The position numbers and the translations under genes are program-made. From Hormiphora californensis (taxonomy: Eukaryota; Animalia; Ctenophora): DNA of 64,000 bases. The notes beneath the pieces were generated by a model. That model made no database searches. It was not told where the DNA came from and saw only the letters and a program-made list of their open reading frames with translations. Of this stretch, positions 62,501-64,000 are shown piece after piece (position 1 is the stretch's first letter; every line of letters begins with the position of its first letter). The stretch is taken from NCBI GenBank assembly GCA_020137815.1, contig CM035357.1, positions 7,688,001-7,752,000 on the forward strand. Reading direction: 5' to 3'.

Positions 62501-64000
62501 AGAGTCCTTCCTTTGCCAGCAGCTCAGCATGTTTACCCTCCTCCTTCACTCTCCCTCCCTCTGTGGGTGGGGTGGGATTAAAATGGGTGTATACTATGTA
62601 TTGTGATTGTCTGCAGGACTTTGGGTGGGGTGGGATTAAAATGGGTGTACATTATTCATGGTATTGTCTTGATCCAGACCCTAGACAATGTCATGTAGAG
62701 AATATTCCTACCGATTCTTCTCAGTAACAGCTAAACACTGTCTCTCTCTCTCTCTCTCACGAGATACACAGTTCACTGTTTACATTGTACCAGTTTACAC
62801 AATGAACTCACACACTAGATACATCATACCCCCACGTATAGCGTATACCAGATTAACTAGAGGGCCCGTAATCGGTATGTTGTGAGTAATAGGTTAACTG
62901 AACCAGTTAACGTATTACACAGTTCTCACTCTAGATAAATCTATGATTTGCAATGTTTACTAAACACTAACCAATAGCAGAGATTTTGTCCGCATTGATA
63001 ATTGTAGACAATCTGTGAGCAATGACAAGAGTAGTCCTCCCCTCACTAGCTGCTTCAAGAGCTTTCTGTACAATCTTTTCACTCTCTGTATCAAGGGCAC
63101 TGGTCGCCTCATCAAGAAGGAGAATCTTAGGATTACGGACGAGAGCCCGGGCAATGGCTATCCTCTGTTTCTGGCCACCAGACAGTTTGGAACCACGTTC
63201 ACCACAGAGAGAGTTGTATTTCTAAGGGGAAAAAAGTTCAAGGTTCAAGACTCAACTAATGAAATGTAAATATCTGTAAAAATATCTGTAAGATATCTGT
63301 AAAGATTGAAATTTCAAACACTTACATCAGGCAGGCTCATAATAAAGTCATGAGCAAAGGCCTTCTGGCAAGCAGCAACAATCTCCTCGTGAGTAACATC
63401 CTCCCTTCCGTACCTGTTAGGAGAGAGGAGATGAAATGAGAGGAGGGGGGCTGGTAATATTCATGATGAACTAAAGTGGGTTCAATCTTTCTAGTTCCAA
63501 GTTTCCTGCTATTGTATACCTGATATTCTCCTCGATGGTGGTAGCAAAGAGGACAGGTTCCTGTCCAACAAGTCCTATCTGTTCCCTCAGCCACCTCAGA
63601 TTGATCTCTCTAATGTCAGTACCATCTAGTATTATCTCTCCCTTCTCCACATCATAGAACCTCTCAATTAGTCCCACGGCGGTACTCTTACCACATCCAC
63701 TGGGTCCCACCAGGGCGTGTGTCTTCCCTGGCATCAGCGTCACAGTGAATCCTGGGAGAGGGAAGTGGGGTAACTAATACATTCGAAGGGTCGCCCATTG
63801 AATGTCAGAGTGTCACTTGGTGCAGAGCTAAACACAAAACCACGATTAAGCCAGCAACATACCGTTCATAACTTGAACCTCCTTTCTTGAAGGGTAGAAG
63901 AAGTCAACATTTCTAAACTCGATACGGCCGTTACACTGATCTGGTTTCTTTCCCTCATCTGACTTCTCGTGGTCAATCTTGGATTTCTGAAATGTTGTGT
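56503..64000 (-). CDS. ABCB1: ABCB1/MDR-type full ABC transporter, 5' part beyond the window
   Basis: NBD1 [45 protein letters not shown]; TMD2 [23 protein letters not shown]; NBD2 [23 protein letters not shown]; stop at 56503, apparent 1-bp indel near 56565. Confidence 0.93.
58812..59650. mobile_element. Modular IR/hairpin element in an ABCB intron (Crypton-like by inference)
   Basis: IRs 58866-58879/59325-59338 next to IRs 59341-59354/59600-59613; hairpins ctcgcaggctcg and gaccttcggtc; repeated palindrome cttataacactgggcagtgttataag. Confidence 0.6.

Overview
Compact animal genomic DNA with short GT-AG introns, most likely a ctenophore (inferred from the GPCR and secreted-protein families and from nested genes; not proven). 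Genes in order: ELAPOR/KIAA1324-like (-, runs off the left end; its 11.6 kb intron holds a GPCR, a small secreted-protein gene, an RTE-type LINE and many MITEs), a nested transposon island (17.5-23.5 kb), MINDY1/2 deubiquitinase (-), an intronless secreted His/Asp-repeat + SOUL protein (+), an orphan gene (-) with an antisense nested SOUL gene (present twice in a tandem duplication that may be an uncollapsed haplotype), BRPF/peregrin (+), IQCA1/DRC11 (+) and ABCB1-like P-glycoprotein (-, runs off the right end). Most notable: (1) IQCA1/DRC11 has three internal duplicated alternative exon pairs (two forced by phase to be mutually exclusive) plus two homologous last exons, suggesting two coordinated ciliary isoforms; (2) BRPF has an in-frame exon resembling the HNF1 atypical POU-specific domain; (3) the HRP-like His-repeat SOUL fusion; (4) a U12 AT-AC intron; (5) a 109-bp identical tract between the two ABCB NBDs; (6) a transposon family with 10-bp TSDs whose smallest member is 40 bp. 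Single-base frameshifts in several conserved genes suggest consensus errors in the assembly. All homology calls are by eye from remembered family motifs; no database search was run.
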